From: Candidatus Woesearchaeota archaeon
GTDB taxonomy: Archaea; Nanobdellota; Nanobdellia; Pacearchaeales; GW2011-AR1
Length of the DNA: 64,000 bases
NCBI GenBank assembly: GCA_964514585.1
Contig: CAZETU010000003.1
Span: forward strand, 32,001 to 96,000
Reading direction: 5' to 3'
A program made the position numbers and the translations under genes. The notes beneath the pieces are model-generated. The model was not told the DNA's origin and did not search any database. It was given only the letters and a program-made list of their open reading frames with translations. Below, piece by piece: positions 1 to 9,833 of this stretch. The stretch's first letter is position 1; each line of letters starts with the position of its first letter.

Positions 1-2
1 TG

Positions 3-938
3 CCAGTTAGGGTTGAGGAGGCGCGTATTGCTTTGATTGAGGAGGCTTTGGAAGTTAAGAGTACGACGACTGATGCTAAGTTTTCGATTTCGTCGCCTGA
101 TCAATTTACTAGTTTTCTTAGTCAGGAAGATGAGATGTTGAAGGCGAAGGTTGATGCGATTAAGGGGAGTGGGGCGAATGTTTTGTTTGTGCAGAAGGGA
201 GTTGATGAATTGGTTCAGTATTATTTGGCGAAGGAAGGGATTTATGCTGTCCGAAGAGTTGCTAAGTCTGATATGCAGAGTTTGGCGAAGGCGACTGGCG
301 GGAAGATTGTTTCGAAGTTGAGCGAGATTAGTGCAGAGGATTTGGGTTATGCTGCGAAGGTCGAAGAAAGGAAGGATGGTGAGGAAGGGATGACTTATGT
401 TTTGGGGTGTCGGAATCCTAAGGCTTTGACGATTTTGATTCGTGGTGGGACTGAGCATGTTGTTGATGAAGTTGAGCGGGCTATGAAGGATGCTTTGGGT
501 GATGTTGCTGCGACTTTGAAGGATTCTAAGGTTGTTGCTGGCGGCGGCGCTGTTGAGATTGAGTTGGCTAAGAGGTTGAAGGATTTTGCTCGGACTTTGA
601 AGGGCCGTGAGAGGTTGGCGGTTGAGGAGTTTGCTTCGGCCATGGAATTTATACCCAGGACTTTGGCTGAGAATGCTGGGATGGATCCGATTGATGTTTT
701 GACTGAGCTTCGGACTGCTCATGATGCGGGGGGAGATAGGGTTGGTTTGAATTTGTTTTCTGGGCAGGTCGAGGATACGGCGGTTCAGGGGATTATTGAG
801 CCTTTGAAGGTTAAGACTCAGGCGATTTCTTCGGCTGCTGAGGTTGCTATTATGATTTTGAGGATTGATGATGTTGTTGCGGCCAAGAAAACTCAGGGGA
901 ATTCTGGGAAGCTGGGGAATATGGCTGGGTATGAGTAA
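3..938 (+). CDS. thsA: Thermosome (group II chaperonin) subunit, 5'-truncated by the window edge
   Basis: Frame is open from position 3 (PVRVEEARIAL...). Motifs TILIRGGTEHVVDEVERA, VAGGGAVE, LAENAG and MILRIDDV are typical of group II chaperonins. Confidence 0.95.
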   Translation, partial: PVRVEEARIALIEEALEVKSTTTDAKFSISSPDQFTSFLSQEDEMLKAKVDAIKGSGANVLFVQKGVDELVQYYLAKEGIYAVRRVAKSDMQSLAKATGGKIVSKLSEISAEDLGYAAKVEERKDGEEGMTYVLGCRNPKALTILIRGGTEHVVDEVERAMKDALGDVAATLKDSKVVAGGGAVEIELAKRLKDFARTLKGRERLAVEEFASAMEFIPRTLAENAGMDPIDVLTELRTAHDAGGDRVGLNLFSGQVEDTAVQGIIEPLKVKTQAISSAAEVAIMILRIDDVVAAKKTQGNSGKLGNMAGYE

Positions 939-941
939 TAT

Positions 942-1466
942 ATGGTAGATATAATTGCTAATTGTGGATTGGAAGGTTATTATATTTATAATGGGGTTAG
1001 GGGGAGGCATTTTGGTGAGGTGGATTTTCTTAGGGATAGCAAGGTAGTTGGAAAAGTTTTGGATAGTAATTCTGATTCGACTGAGAATTTAATTGAAAAA
1101 TTGTTTTTGGGGATTTATTTGGCTGAGGAAAATAGTTTAGCATTTCTTAAAATTTCTCCTAGAATGCGAGATGGGAAGGGTTTACGTCCAGTTTTGTGGT
1201 ATTTGCGTGAGGATAAGTCTCTTTCGAGAGAGAACATTGGTTCTTATGGAGGCGTGTGGGATTTTGCGAGTGGATTGCCAGAGGTAGTTGGTTTTGAGCG
1301 AAGTTTGTTTGAGAATGGAATGCCTGATATTGAAGTTTTAAATCAAATTTCTGTAGAGTTTTTAAGAGGTTCTTATTTTAATCCAGAAATTTTGAATGGG
1401 CTTGAGTCGATGGCAGAAACGATTGGTCAGACGGGTGGTCTTGTGTTGACTGTTTTGGATGAATAA
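942..1466 (+). CDS. Hypothetical protein
   Basis: 174-aa ATG ORF 3 nt after the thermosome stop; GT-rich codon style like its neighbours; no recognised motif. Confidence 0.6.
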   Translation: MVDIIANCGLEGYYIYNGVRGRHFGEVDFLRDSKVVGKVLDSNSDSTENLIEKLFLGIYLAEENSLAFLKISPRMRDGKGLRPVLWYLREDKSLSRENIGSYGGVWDFASGLPEVVGFERSLFENGMPDIEVLNQISVEFLRGSYFNPEILNGLESMAETIGQTGGLVLTVLDE

Positions 1467-1475
1467 TTTTAAATA

Positions 1476-1799
1476 GTGAGGAAATTTGGAGCTGAGATGG
1501 CGAAAGAATTCAATTTAACTGTGATTGATCTTATGAGGGATGTTAGTGAAGAGGATACTGTTCCTGTTCCTGGTTGGGGTAATGGTAGGAGTAGGGGACT
1601 TGTAACTCATGTTTATGATGGTCATGTGAGAGCATTAAGTAGAGGTCCTTGTGGGCATATTTTTAACACGGACTATGGGCTTGTTCCGGAGCTACATCTG
1701 GGTGGACGTGCTTTGACTCCTGTGATAGCAAGGCTTGTTACTCCAACTTGTGGGAAGCATGGTGAGTATAATGCGAGGCTTGAAGAAAGAGGTTTGTAA
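1476..1799 (+). CDS. Hypothetical protein
   Basis: 107-aa ORF co-oriented with the upstream genes; scattered Cys/His (GPCGH, TCGKH); no family recognised. Confidence 0.5.
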   Translation: MRKFGAEMAKEFNLTVIDLMRDVSEEDTVPVPGWGNGRSRGLVTHVYDGHVRALSRGPCGHIFNTDYGLVPELHLGGRALTPVIARLVTPTCGKHGEYNARLEERGL

Positions 1800-1816
1800 G
1801 CGCGGAGAAATGGACG

Positions 1817-2506
1817 TTAGATTTTTATTTTTCTAATAATCTTACTTTTTACGAATTTTCCTTTTTCGTTGAGGTGTTGCTCTATTTCTAGAAGTGTGAA
1901 GTGGTTTTGTTTTGCGATTTCGAAATGTTCTTTTGCGGCCGTTAGGTTGTTTTTTTGTTTATAATATTCTTTTTCTGTTATCCAGAAATTTTCGCCTTTT
2001 GATGTCGATGGGGTTAGGTCGCCTTGGAGATTATCTATGAGAAAAACGTTTAGTATGTGATGCAGGAATAGTTTATTTTGTTTGAAGGTTTTTGTATCTA
2101 TGATTCCTTTGAAGTGAAGGTCCCCTTCCATTCCGGTGTCTTTTTTTAGTTTCTTTTTAGCTGTCTCGAAAATACTTTCGCCTTTTCTTATTCTTGCTCC
2201 AATTGGGATGTTGATGCTGAGAAGTGGGCGTTTCGTTCTTTTTTGTATTACAAATTTCCCGTTTCTAAATGGTAAAAGGAAGACGTCTTGAATTGGTTGT
2301 TTGAGAGAACCTTTGTCTTCAAGATAGCAAAGCTTTTCTTCTCCTTTGTCTGTCATGAAATAGAAGTCATCTTTTTTTTCTAAAAGTTTTTCTGAAATTA
2401 GTTTTTTAAGATGGTAGGAGAGTTTGTTTGAGGGCATTTCTTTTTTTAGGTTGTTGAATTTTAATTTTTCATAACGACTGAATCGCTTTAGAATTTTGTC
2501 TTCCAT
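1817..2506 (-). CDS. Winged-HTH plus degenerate Nudix domain transcriptional regulator
   Basis: N-terminal wHTH-like segment (LSYHLKKLISEKLLEK...YFMTDKG). C-terminal Nudix fold (VIQKRTKRP...GARIRKGESIFETAKKKLKKDTG) lacks the catalytic REUXEE glutamates. Confidence 0.8.
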   Translation of the reverse strand: MEDKILKRFSRYEKLKFNNLKKEMPSNKLSYHLKKLISEKLLEKKDDFYFMTDKGEEKLCYLEDKGSLKQPIQDVFLLPFRNGKFVIQKRTKRPLLSINIPIGARIRKGESIFETAKKKLKKDTGMEGDLHFKGIIDTKTFKQNKLFLHHILNVFLIDNLQGDLTPSTSKGENFWITEKEYYKQKNNLTAAKEHFEIAKQNHFTLLEIEQHLNEKGKFVKSKIIRKIKI

Positions 2507-2540
2507 GATTGTTCTATGCCGTTGTTATATTTAAATGTGT

Positions 2541-2559
2541 AAGTCAAATCTCTTGACTT
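2541..2559. promoter_or_regulatory. Perfect inverted repeat AAGTCAA-N5-TTGACTT, candidate operator
   Basis: Seen directly, lying between divergent TATA-like boxes (~2526-2536 on minus, ~2579-2588 on plus). Confidence 0.55.
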
Positions 2560-2608
2560 TGATGGCTTGGGTGGTTAATTATTTAAATCGGGTTTGCTGT
2601 GCTGTTCT

Positions 2609-3757
2609 ATGAGGTGGATAATTATTATTGCGATTGTTGTGTGTGTGAGCTATGTTCTTTTTGCCGCTTTCTTTTTTGTTTTTGGTGGTGATGATGAGAT
2701 TTTGGAGAATTTGACAAAGGAGTTGGATGATAATACTGTTGGTGAGGTTGTTAATGTTATAGAACTTGAAGAGGGGGCCGGTGTTTCTAATAAGACGTTT
2801 GTTAGTGATGGGGCCCTTTCTTTTAGGGAACTTAGTTTGGATTTGAAATCGAAGTCTGAGGAAATTTCACTTTCTACTTCTGATAGGAGGCTTAATAGGG
2901 ATGAGTCGGTTGTTGATGTTTTTGGTCGTTATGCAACTAGTCAGAATTTGCCTATTTTTTTAGGTAGAGATATTAATGAAACTTTGGATTATGTTCAGAC
3001 GTTAAGATTTCCGGATACTTTTCTTTTTAATCGGTTTTCTAATGATGATCATTTAGATGGGAATCGTACTTATGGGGTTGATTTTTTGAATAATGAAGTA
3101 ATTTTCGATTATTCTATTGATTTTGGAGAGGATTATTCTTGGGATGATATAGTTGGGAAAACTGTTTTTCTTTTTGGGAGGTCGCATTATGTAGTCTCGA
3201 GTGATTTTAATTCTAATAGTATTGATTTTTTTGAGTTTCCTTATTCTTTTGATGTTTATAAAAATGAAACTGTGGGCTTAAGTTCGCCGTTTTTTAATCA
3301 GACGAATTTTTCTATTGATTTGATTACTGGCGGTAAAGTTGTTTTGAAGGTGAATGGTGAAAGGATTAAGGATCTTCAGGAAGGGCAAATTTATCGTGGG
3401 GATAATTTTGTTTTTTATCTTGATAAGATTATTTTTTCTAGTGCTGAAGATGATCGTGTAAAAATTGTGATTGCGCCTGAAGAGGTTTTCTTTAAGGGCT
3501 TGGCTCTTGGGCGTGGTTTGGAATTTCTTGAGGGTTTTGATATTTTTTATTCTTCTGAAGACGAGGAGGAGCTGGGAGAGATAACGATTTCTTGGAGTGT
3601 TATTGAGCCTTCTTTCTTGACTTCGAAAGTAAGTTTAATGATGCCCTCTTTTGAGAATGTGGAATTTTCGATGAGTGGACGAAAGACATGGGGTGCTGAA
3701 GAATATTATGAGATTTATTTGAAGGCTGAGACTTATGAAATAATTGAGTCAAATTAG
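2609..3757 (+). CDS. Exported, acidic S-layer-like protein
   Basis: N-terminal TM helix, acidic and beta-rich body; ATG at 2609 preferred over TTG at 2594. S-layer resemblance is an impression only. Confidence 0.55.
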   Translation: MRWIIIIAIVVCVSYVLFAAFFFVFGGDDEILENLTKELDDNTVGEVVNVIELEEGAGVSNKTFVSDGALSFRELSLDLKSKSEEISLSTSDRRLNRDESVVDVFGRYATSQNLPIFLGRDINETLDYVQTLRFPDTFLFNRFSNDDHLDGNRTYGVDFLNNEVIFDYSIDFGEDYSWDDIVGKTVFLFGRSHYVVSSDFNSNSIDFFEFPYSFDVYKNETVGLSSPFFNQTNFSIDLITGGKVVLKVNGERIKDLQEGQIYRGDNFVFYLDKIIFSSAEDDRVKIVIAPEEVFFKGLALGRGLEFLEGFDIFYSSEDEEELGEITISWSVIEPSFLTSKVSLMMPSFENVEFSMSGRKTWGAEEYYEIYLKAETYEIIESN

Positions 3758-4533
3758 TTCTTAGTTCTTTTTATTTTTTTCTCAATTAAAAGTAGAACTC
3801 CTAGACCGAATACTGCTACGATAAAAACTAGTACGATGTATGATTTGTCTGATACAATTAGGGCTTCGTCTAATGAGTCTGGGTCAATTGGGGCGCCTAA
3901 GAATCCTGTTATTTGCATGTCGTCACTCATTGCACCTACTACGTTTCCTGTTCCTACGCTTGTTAGTTGAACATTTTTCTTTGTAAATGTGTTTACACCG
4001 TCGGTGATTTCAATGTTGTAACTTCCTTCTGGAGCAATTAGAACCCATTTTTTCTCTCCGTTGATTGGAATATTTTGTGTGTAGGATTCTGTTTGATCGC
4101 CTATTTTGATTTTTACAGTTCTCGTGTATCTTACGTTTCCTTTATTTTTTATTATTAATTTGCCGTTTTCAATTGAGAATTCTACTTCGGAGTTCTCTTT
4201 GATTATGAAAGGTCTTGTTACCTTTTTTTCTTCGAAGTTTGCTTTGATGTGCCATCCGAGGCTTGAGAAGTTTTCTTCGACTTTTAGAGTGTTGTCTTGA
4301 TTTGATTTTACAGTTTGTTTTATTTCCATTGTTTCAAGGTCGTCGGAGAATGTGACTTGGATGTCTTGTCCTGTTGGTTGTCCGTTTTCTAGTAATAGAA
4401 TTTTGTATGAGATTTCTTCACCGACGGAGTATGAATCTTTTAGTCCTGAGATGTCTATTGAGTAGTCGGCTGATACGAGAGCTATTGATGCTAGTAGAAT
4501 GCAGATTGTTGTTAGAGTTTTCCAATTTTTCAT
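3754..4533 (-). CDS. Exported protein with signal peptide and C-terminal TM anchor
   Basis: Hydrophobic N-terminus (LTTICILLASIALVSA), Ig-like beta content, C-terminal TM followed by KKIKRTKN. Confidence 0.7.
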   Translation of the reverse strand: MKNWKTLTTICILLASIALVSADYSIDISGLKDSYSVGEEISYKILLLENGQPTGQDIQVTFSDDLETMEIKQTVKSNQDNTLKVEENFSSLGWHIKANFEEKKVTRPFIIKENSEVEFSIENGKLIIKNKGNVRYTRTVKIKIGDQTESYTQNIPINGEKKWVLIAPEGSYNIEITDGVNTFTKKNVQLTSVGTGNVVGAMSDDMQITGFLGAPIDPDSLDEALIVSDKSYIVLVFIVAVFGLGVLLLIEKKIKRTKN

Positions 4534-4603
4534 AAGTGAGTTAGGGCTGGATTATATTTAAACTTTTGGAATTTCGGAAAAAATTTAAATAGTGTATTAG
4601 GTA

Positions 4604-7600
4604 TTGAGTTTGATGAGAAAGAGAGACATAGTTGCACGTTTTATGCTTTTAGCTTTTGTAGGGTTTGTTGCCTTGGGTTTGTTTTATTTTTCTGGTGTTT
4701 TGGATTTGAAGGGTATTACGGGATTTGCTGGTTTAACCTTGGGAACCATGGATGATCCCCTTGGGATTGAATTTGATTCTTCAACTTCTAGTGGGAGTTA
4801 CAATGGGGATTCTATTTATGTTGATTTAAATACAAATGGTTCTACTCATTATTCGTTTGTTAATTTTGATAGTGATTTAGTTTTTTGGATGAGAATGGAT
4901 GATATTGATGGGGTTAGTGATGTTCTTGATTCTTCTGGTAATGATAATACGGGGACTTTGGTTGGGGATGTTGAAATTAATTCTACGAATGGTTATTTTG
5001 GTGATGGGCTTTTAGTTGGAGGGTCTAATGATCATATTAATGTTCCGAGTAGTGCTAGTTTGAATTCTCCGGGGGTGGTTGACAGGCTTACTATTTGTGC
5101 TTGGTTTAATGCGGCTGATCATCAAACTGGGTTTAAGGGTATTGCGGGTAAATATGCTCCGACTGATGAGAGATCTTATTTATTGGCTGGGCATAGTGTG
5201 AGTAATCAGTATGGGCTTTATTTGAGTAGTGATGGGACTGCTCTTCAGGCGACTGTTCTTACTAATTCTGCTTTGAATACAGATCAGTGGTATCATTTGT
5301 GTGGAGTTTACGATGGTAGTTATGCTAGTCTTTATTTGGATGGTGTTAAACAAACTTCTACTGTGGCGTTGAGTGGTCTTCATAGTTCTTCAACTGCACC
5401 TTTTCAGGTTGGTGATTTTTGGACAGACGATAGATCTTTTGATGGAATGATTGATGAGGTTATGATTTTTAAGAGGAATTTGTCTATTGATGAAATTGAA
5501 GCTTTGTATAATTCAAGTGCTGACCAATATTTTCATAATTTTACTGAGCTGTCTAATGGTACATATAGCTTTAGGGGATATGCTGTGAATCAGTCTGGTT
5601 ATAAGACAAATACAGCTTCGAGAAGTGTTACCATTTCTTCAAATGTGACCAACACTTCTTCTGGGAATTTGACTTTGACTTTGAATAGTTTGACTAATTT
5701 TGAGAATGATTTTGATATTCCTCATTTGATTAGTACTAATATTCCTGTTAGTTCTTGTTGGTTTTCTAGAGATGGGGCTGCAAATGTCAGTATGTATGAA
5801 ACGGATAGTACTCATTTTTGGTATGATGATGTTTTAGATGCTGGGACTTATAGTGTTGATTTTTATTGTGATAATGATACTGAGACTGGCACTCTAAACG
5901 GGAATTATGTTTTGAGAAAGAGCAAGGTTGTTAATGATGTTTTCTATACTAATAGTCAGGGTTTGAATATTCATTTTGATTTTTATTTTAATTCGACTAG
6001 TGAAAATGGAAGGATTGTTATAATTCCAGATTCTTGGAGTTCTACTAAGGATTCTTATAGGGCGAGTGTTGGTACGCATTTTTTGAATCTTGGGTTTGTT
6101 GCAGTTCCTTTGAATACTCGAGGCAAGGGTGCTTCTGAGGGCGAGAGGGATGCTTTTGGGTATGAATGTTTGGATATTTATGAAGCGATACAATATATGA
6201 AGATGGATTCTGCGTATGCTGATTATGTTAATGATAGTTTGTTTTATATTTGGGGATTTTCTGGTGCTGGGGGCAAGGCTGGTGTTTGCTCGGCTAAGTA
6301 TCCTGATTTGTTTGCTTCTGCCTTTGCAACGGGAGGTGTTTTGAATATTACGAAATGGTATACCACAAATCCTTCGTATCAGGTTTCAATTGAGGATAGG
6401 GTTGGTGCGACTCCTTCGGGGGATCCTGAAGCTTATGTAACTAGGGAGGCTTCTTATTTGGGTGAGAATACTCAGACTCCTATAAGGGTTACTCAGTATA
6501 CCGGAGACTCTGCTGTTAATTATGCCTTGGCCCGAAATTATAATGAGTCTATGGTTTCTTATGGGAAGGTTATTGATTATATTGAGGTTGCAGGTGGGAG
6601 TCATGCTATTTTGGGATTGGATGAATCTGATGATTGGTTTGAGAGCCATAGCGTTGAGAGGTTTATTCCTGAATCTGGGAGTTTGAAGATTGGTGGATAT
6701 GTTGGGACTAAGAACTTTAGTGTTGCTTTTGATAATGTGAGTAGGCTTGGTTTGGTTAATTATAATATTTCTGGGACTTCGAAGTTTTTTGATATAGTTA
6801 CTTATCAGTTTGATGAGAATGCTAGCTTAAGTGTTTTTGACTTGGTTCCTAGTATTGATTATTCTGTTAGTGTTGATGGGAATGAGACGGTTGTTCCTTC
6901 TGATGCTGATGGGACATTGAGTGTTTCTGTTGATTTGGAAAGCTATGATGTGTTAGTTATCGTTATTTCTCCGATGGGTGAATATTGTGGGGACTTGAGT
7001 TGTAATAATGGCGAGACTTGTTCTAGTTGTTCTGGAGATTGTGGGGTTTGTGCTCCCGTAACTCCACCTTCTACTTCTGGTGGAGGAGGCGGTGGCGGCG
7101 CTGTTGGTGGTGTTCCTAGCTTGTCTTTGAATGTTGAAATGAATTCTATTGAGGCGATTATGTATCCTGGGGAGGAGAAGTCTTTTGAGTTGACTGTTAA
7201 AAATAATGGTTTTAGGTCTATAAACAAATGTAAACTTAAGGCTGCTGAGGGACAGAGTTCTTGGATTTCTTCTACTGATATTAAGAATATTGCGGCTGGT
7301 GAAATTGTTGAGTTTGCGTTTTCTTTACTTCTTCCCGAGAATGGTGAGAGTCCTGAGTTGTCTGTTGAGTGTTTGGAGGGAAGTGCAGTGGTTCCGTTAA
7401 ATATTATTTTTGTTAAGCCAAGTTTGGTTGTCGATTTTTCAGAAATACAATTGCAGAAGGATGATAGTATTTTAATTAAGTATTTTGTTGATTCTGAATC
7501 TGATTTGGATACTGTTTTGATTTTCAATGTTTACTCTGGGGGTAAAATGATTGCTGAAAAAAGTGAAAGTGTTGGCTTGGTTGCTGGTGAGAGATTTGAG

Positions 7601-7837
7601 AGTGAGACTGTGATTGAGCTTGACGATGTTGAGGCAGGGTTGTTGAAGGTTTCTGTGACTAAAGAAGGGGAGAATAGGCCTTTGGTTGAGAGTTCGATTA
7701 TGTATGATTCTAGTTTGATTACAGGGTTTGCTTCGAAGGGTTTGCTTAGTTCTAGTGGTGTTTATATTAGTGTTATTATTCTTATTTTCTTGGGGATTGC
7801 TGTTTTGATTGTGAGGCGAATGGTTAGGAAAAGGTAA
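4604..7837 (+). CDS. Large surface protein: LamG/ConA lectin domain, alpha/beta-hydrolase, Cys-rich repeat, Ig-like domain and TM anchor
   Basis: LamG motifs (LTICAWF, WYHLCGVYDG, FDGMIDEVMIF); hydrolase motifs NTRGKGAS, GFSGAG nucleophile elbow and GGSHA; CGDLSCNNGETCSSCSGDC; poly-Gly linker; C-terminal TM followed by RRMVRKR. Confidence 0.8.
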   Translation: MSLMRKRDIVARFMLLAFVGFVALGLFYFSGVLDLKGITGFAGLTLGTMDDPLGIEFDSSTSSGSYNGDSIYVDLNTNGSTHYSFVNFDSDLVFWMRMDDIDGVSDVLDSSGNDNTGTLVGDVEINSTNGYFGDGLLVGGSNDHINVPSSASLNSPGVVDRLTICAWFNAADHQTGFKGIAGKYAPTDERSYLLAGHSVSNQYGLYLSSDGTALQATVLTNSALNTDQWYHLCGVYDGSYASLYLDGVKQTSTVALSGLHSSSTAPFQVGDFWTDDRSFDGMIDEVMIFKRNLSIDEIEALYNSSADQYFHNFTELSNGTYSFRGYAVNQSGYKTNTASRSVTISSNVTNTSSGNLTLTLNSLTNFENDFDIPHLISTNIPVSSCWFSRDGAANVSMYETDSTHFWYDDVLDAGTYSVDFYCDNDTETGTLNGNYVLRKSKVVNDVFYTNSQGLNIHFDFYFNSTSENGRIVIIPDSWSSTKDSYRASVGTHFLNLGFVAVPLNTRGKGASEGERDAFGYECLDIYEAIQYMKMDSAYADYVNDSLFYIWGFSGAGGKAGVCSAKYPDLFASAFATGGVLNITKWYTTNPSYQVSIEDRVGATPSGDPEAYVTREASYLGENTQTPIRVTQYTGDSAVNYALARNYNESMVSYGKVIDYIEVAGGSHAILGLDESDDWFESHSVERFIPESGSLKIGGYVGTKNFSVAFDNVSRLGLVNYNISGTSKFFDIVTYQFDENASLSVFDLVPSIDYSVSVDGNETVVPSDADGTLSVSVDLESYDVLVIVISPMGEYCGDLSCNNGETCSSCSGDCGVCAPVTPPSTSGGGGGGGAVGGVPSLSLNVEMNSIEAIMYPGEEKSFELTVKNNGFRSINKCKLKAAEGQSSWISSTDIKNIAAGEIVEFAFSLLLPENGESPELSVECLEGSAVVPLNIIFVKPSLVVDFSEIQLQKDDSILIKYFVDSESDLDTVLIFNVYSGGKMIAEKSESVGLVAGERFESETVIELDDVEAGLLKVSVTKEGENRPLVESSIMYDSSLITGFASKGLLSSSGVYISVIILIFLGIAVLIVRRMVRKR

Positions 7838-7868
7838 ATTAGTTAAATTTCGTTTCCTTTGAATTAGT

Positions 7869-8000
7869 ATGAAATCGGAACGTGTTAAGTGTGTAATATA
7901 TTCTCGGGTTACTGGATATTTGAGGCCTGTTGATCAATGGAATGAGGGGAAGAGGGCTGAGTTTAATTCTCGGAAAGTTTTTAAGATTGGGTTAGACTAA
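7869..8000 (+). CDS. Stand-alone 43-aa class III ribonucleotide reductase (NrdD) C-terminal glycyl-radical peptide
   Basis: Manual translation: MKSERVKCVIYSRVTGYLRPVDQWNEGKRAEFNSRKVFKIGLD*. It matches the NrdD C-terminal YSRxxGYxRPxxxWNxGKxxEFxxR signature. Too short for the ORF track. Confidence 0.85.
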   Translation: MKSERVKCVIYSRVTGYLRPVDQWNEGKRAEFNSRKVFKIGLD

Positions 8001-8798
8001 AAGGCTGGCCCCTAGAGTTCCAGGGTGTTCTAGTTTTGTCCATACGATTGGCGTGTTTTTTGGAAGGAAGGAATATTTTTTGACTTTCTTTTTTACTAGG
8101 TTTAGGAAGGGGTCTCCTGCTTCCCTTATTCCTCCACCGATTATTACAATCTCTGGATCGAATGCGTTAACTAGTGAGGCGATTCCTTTTCCTAGGTAAT
8201 CTGTTGTTTCGTCTAGAATTTTTCTTGAACTAGGGTTGTTAATTTTTATTAGGTCTTTGAATAATAATTGTTTTTTGAATTCTCTTTTTATTTTCTTTCT
8301 GGTGTTTTGCCAATGAGTTTCCCAGTGTTTTTCTCCGACGTACATGTGTCCGAATTCTGCGCCAAAACCTGTTCCTCGATATTCTTCGCCGTTGATTACT
8401 ATTCCTCCACCGATTCCTGTTCCTAGAGTTATTAGAATGAAGTTTTTGGCTTTTATTCCTAGTTTGGATTCTGCTAGTGCGAAACATCCAGCGTCATTTT
8501 TTACCTCTACTTTTTTTTTGTATTTTTTCTCGAGGTGTTTTTTTAGATTGAAGTTTTTTAGGGCTAGGTTTGGGGCGTCTTTGACTTGTCCATCTTTTAT
8601 TAGTCCTGCAATTGCGATGCCGATTCCTTTTGCATTCTTGGGATTGAGCTCTTCAATTAATTCTTCGATTTTGCTGATGAATAATTTTTTATCTTTTGGA
8701 GTTGGGATTTGTATTCGTTTTAGAATTTTATTTTCTTTGACGATGGAAGCTCGCATTGTTGTGCCGCCAATATCAAAAGCTATGATTTTTTTTGCCAT
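7992..8798 (-). CDS. ROK-family sugar kinase (glucokinase-like)
   Basis: AFDIGGT, NDA, LGTGIGGG and GAEFGHM motifs; start placed at ATG 8798, behind an AGGTGA SD. Confidence 0.9.
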   Translation of the reverse strand: MAKKIIAFDIGGTTMRASIVKENKILKRIQIPTPKDKKLFISKIEELIEELNPKNAKGIGIAIAGLIKDGQVKDAPNLALKNFNLKKHLEKKYKKKVEVKNDAGCFALAESKLGIKAKNFILITLGTGIGGGIVINGEEYRGTGFGAEFGHMYVGEKHWETHWQNTRKKIKREFKKQLLFKDLIKINNPSSRKILDETTDYLGKGIASLVNAFDPEIVIIGGGIREAGDPFLNLVKKKVKKYSFLPKNTPIVWTKLEHPGTLGASLLV

Positions 8799-8888
8799 GT
8801 TCACCTTTGTTGATTTGAGTGGAGAATTGTTTATATAGGTTTTCATAACATTTATTAATTCGAATTCTTTTCTCGTTGTGGGTGATGT

Positions 8889-9833
8889 ATGCAAAAGATA
8901 ATTGCTAAAAATAAACTTGCTGGATTTATTAATGGCTTGATTGGGAAGTATGACGTGGTGGCGCCTGTGAAAGATGTGAATACGAAGTTTCGGAAGATTG
9001 GTTCTTTTGATGAGGTTTATCTAGAGGGTGCGGCGACGGATGTTCCTGCGAAGAGTCATTTTATGCCTGATGGTGAGGCTTTGGTTGAGTTTAAGGGTGG
9101 GAAGGCTCGGGAACTTTCTGGGGAGATAAAAAAGACGGTTTTGTTTGGGCTTCGGAAATGTGATTTGAATGCTATTGAGGTCATGAGTAAGGTTATGTTT
9201 GATCCGCAGTATATGGCGAAAGTTAAGAATACGATTTTGGTTGGGATGTTTTGTGAGAATCCTGATAAGTATTGTTTTTGTAATTCGATGGAGTTGACTG
9301 ATGGGGGTTATGATTTGTTTTTTTATCCTAAGGATGATTATTATTATATTGATGTTAAGTCGAAGAAGGGCGAGGCTTTAGTGAAGGGTTTGCGGGATGT
9401 TAAGGCTGAGGTTGAGATTCCGAATCCTAAGAATTTTAAGAAATTGAAAACGAAGAATATTGCTAAGAATTATCGGGATGCGGACTGGAAGAAGGATTCG
9501 GAGAAGTGTTTGAGCTGTAGTGCTTGTACGGTGAATTGTCCGACCTGTAATTGTTTTGATTTGAGGGATGTTCTTGATGCTGATTTGAAAAATGGGAAAC
9601 GAATTAGAACTCAGTCTTCTTGTATGTTGAAGTCGTTTTCGAATGTTGCTGGGGGAAAGAGTTATCGTGATAGCCGGTTGTCACGGTTTAAGCATTTTGT
9701 TTTTCATAAGATTGTTTATTATAAGAAGCAACATGGACGGCCGATGTGTGTTGGTTGTGGTCGGTGCTTAAGGGTTTGTCCGACGCGGATTGATTGGGTT
9801 GATACAATAAATAAGATGAGGATTAAGAGATGA
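8889..9833 (+). CDS. hydB: Group 3b [NiFe]-hydrogenase (sulfhydrogenase) beta subunit, 4Fe-4S
   Basis: CLSCSACTVNCPTCNC and CVGCGRCLRVCP ferredoxin motifs; first gene of a beta-gamma-delta-alpha order. Confidence 0.9.
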   Translation: MQKIIAKNKLAGFINGLIGKYDVVAPVKDVNTKFRKIGSFDEVYLEGAATDVPAKSHFMPDGEALVEFKGGKARELSGEIKKTVLFGLRKCDLNAIEVMSKVMFDPQYMAKVKNTILVGMFCENPDKYCFCNSMELTDGGYDLFFYPKDDYYYIDVKSKKGEALVKGLRDVKAEVEIPNPKNFKKLKTKNIAKNYRDADWKKDSEKCLSCSACTVNCPTCNCFDLRDVLDADLKNGKRIRTQSSCMLKSFSNVAGGKSYRDSRLSRFKHFVFHKIVYYKKQHGRPMCVGCGRCLRVCPTRIDWVDTINKMRIKR

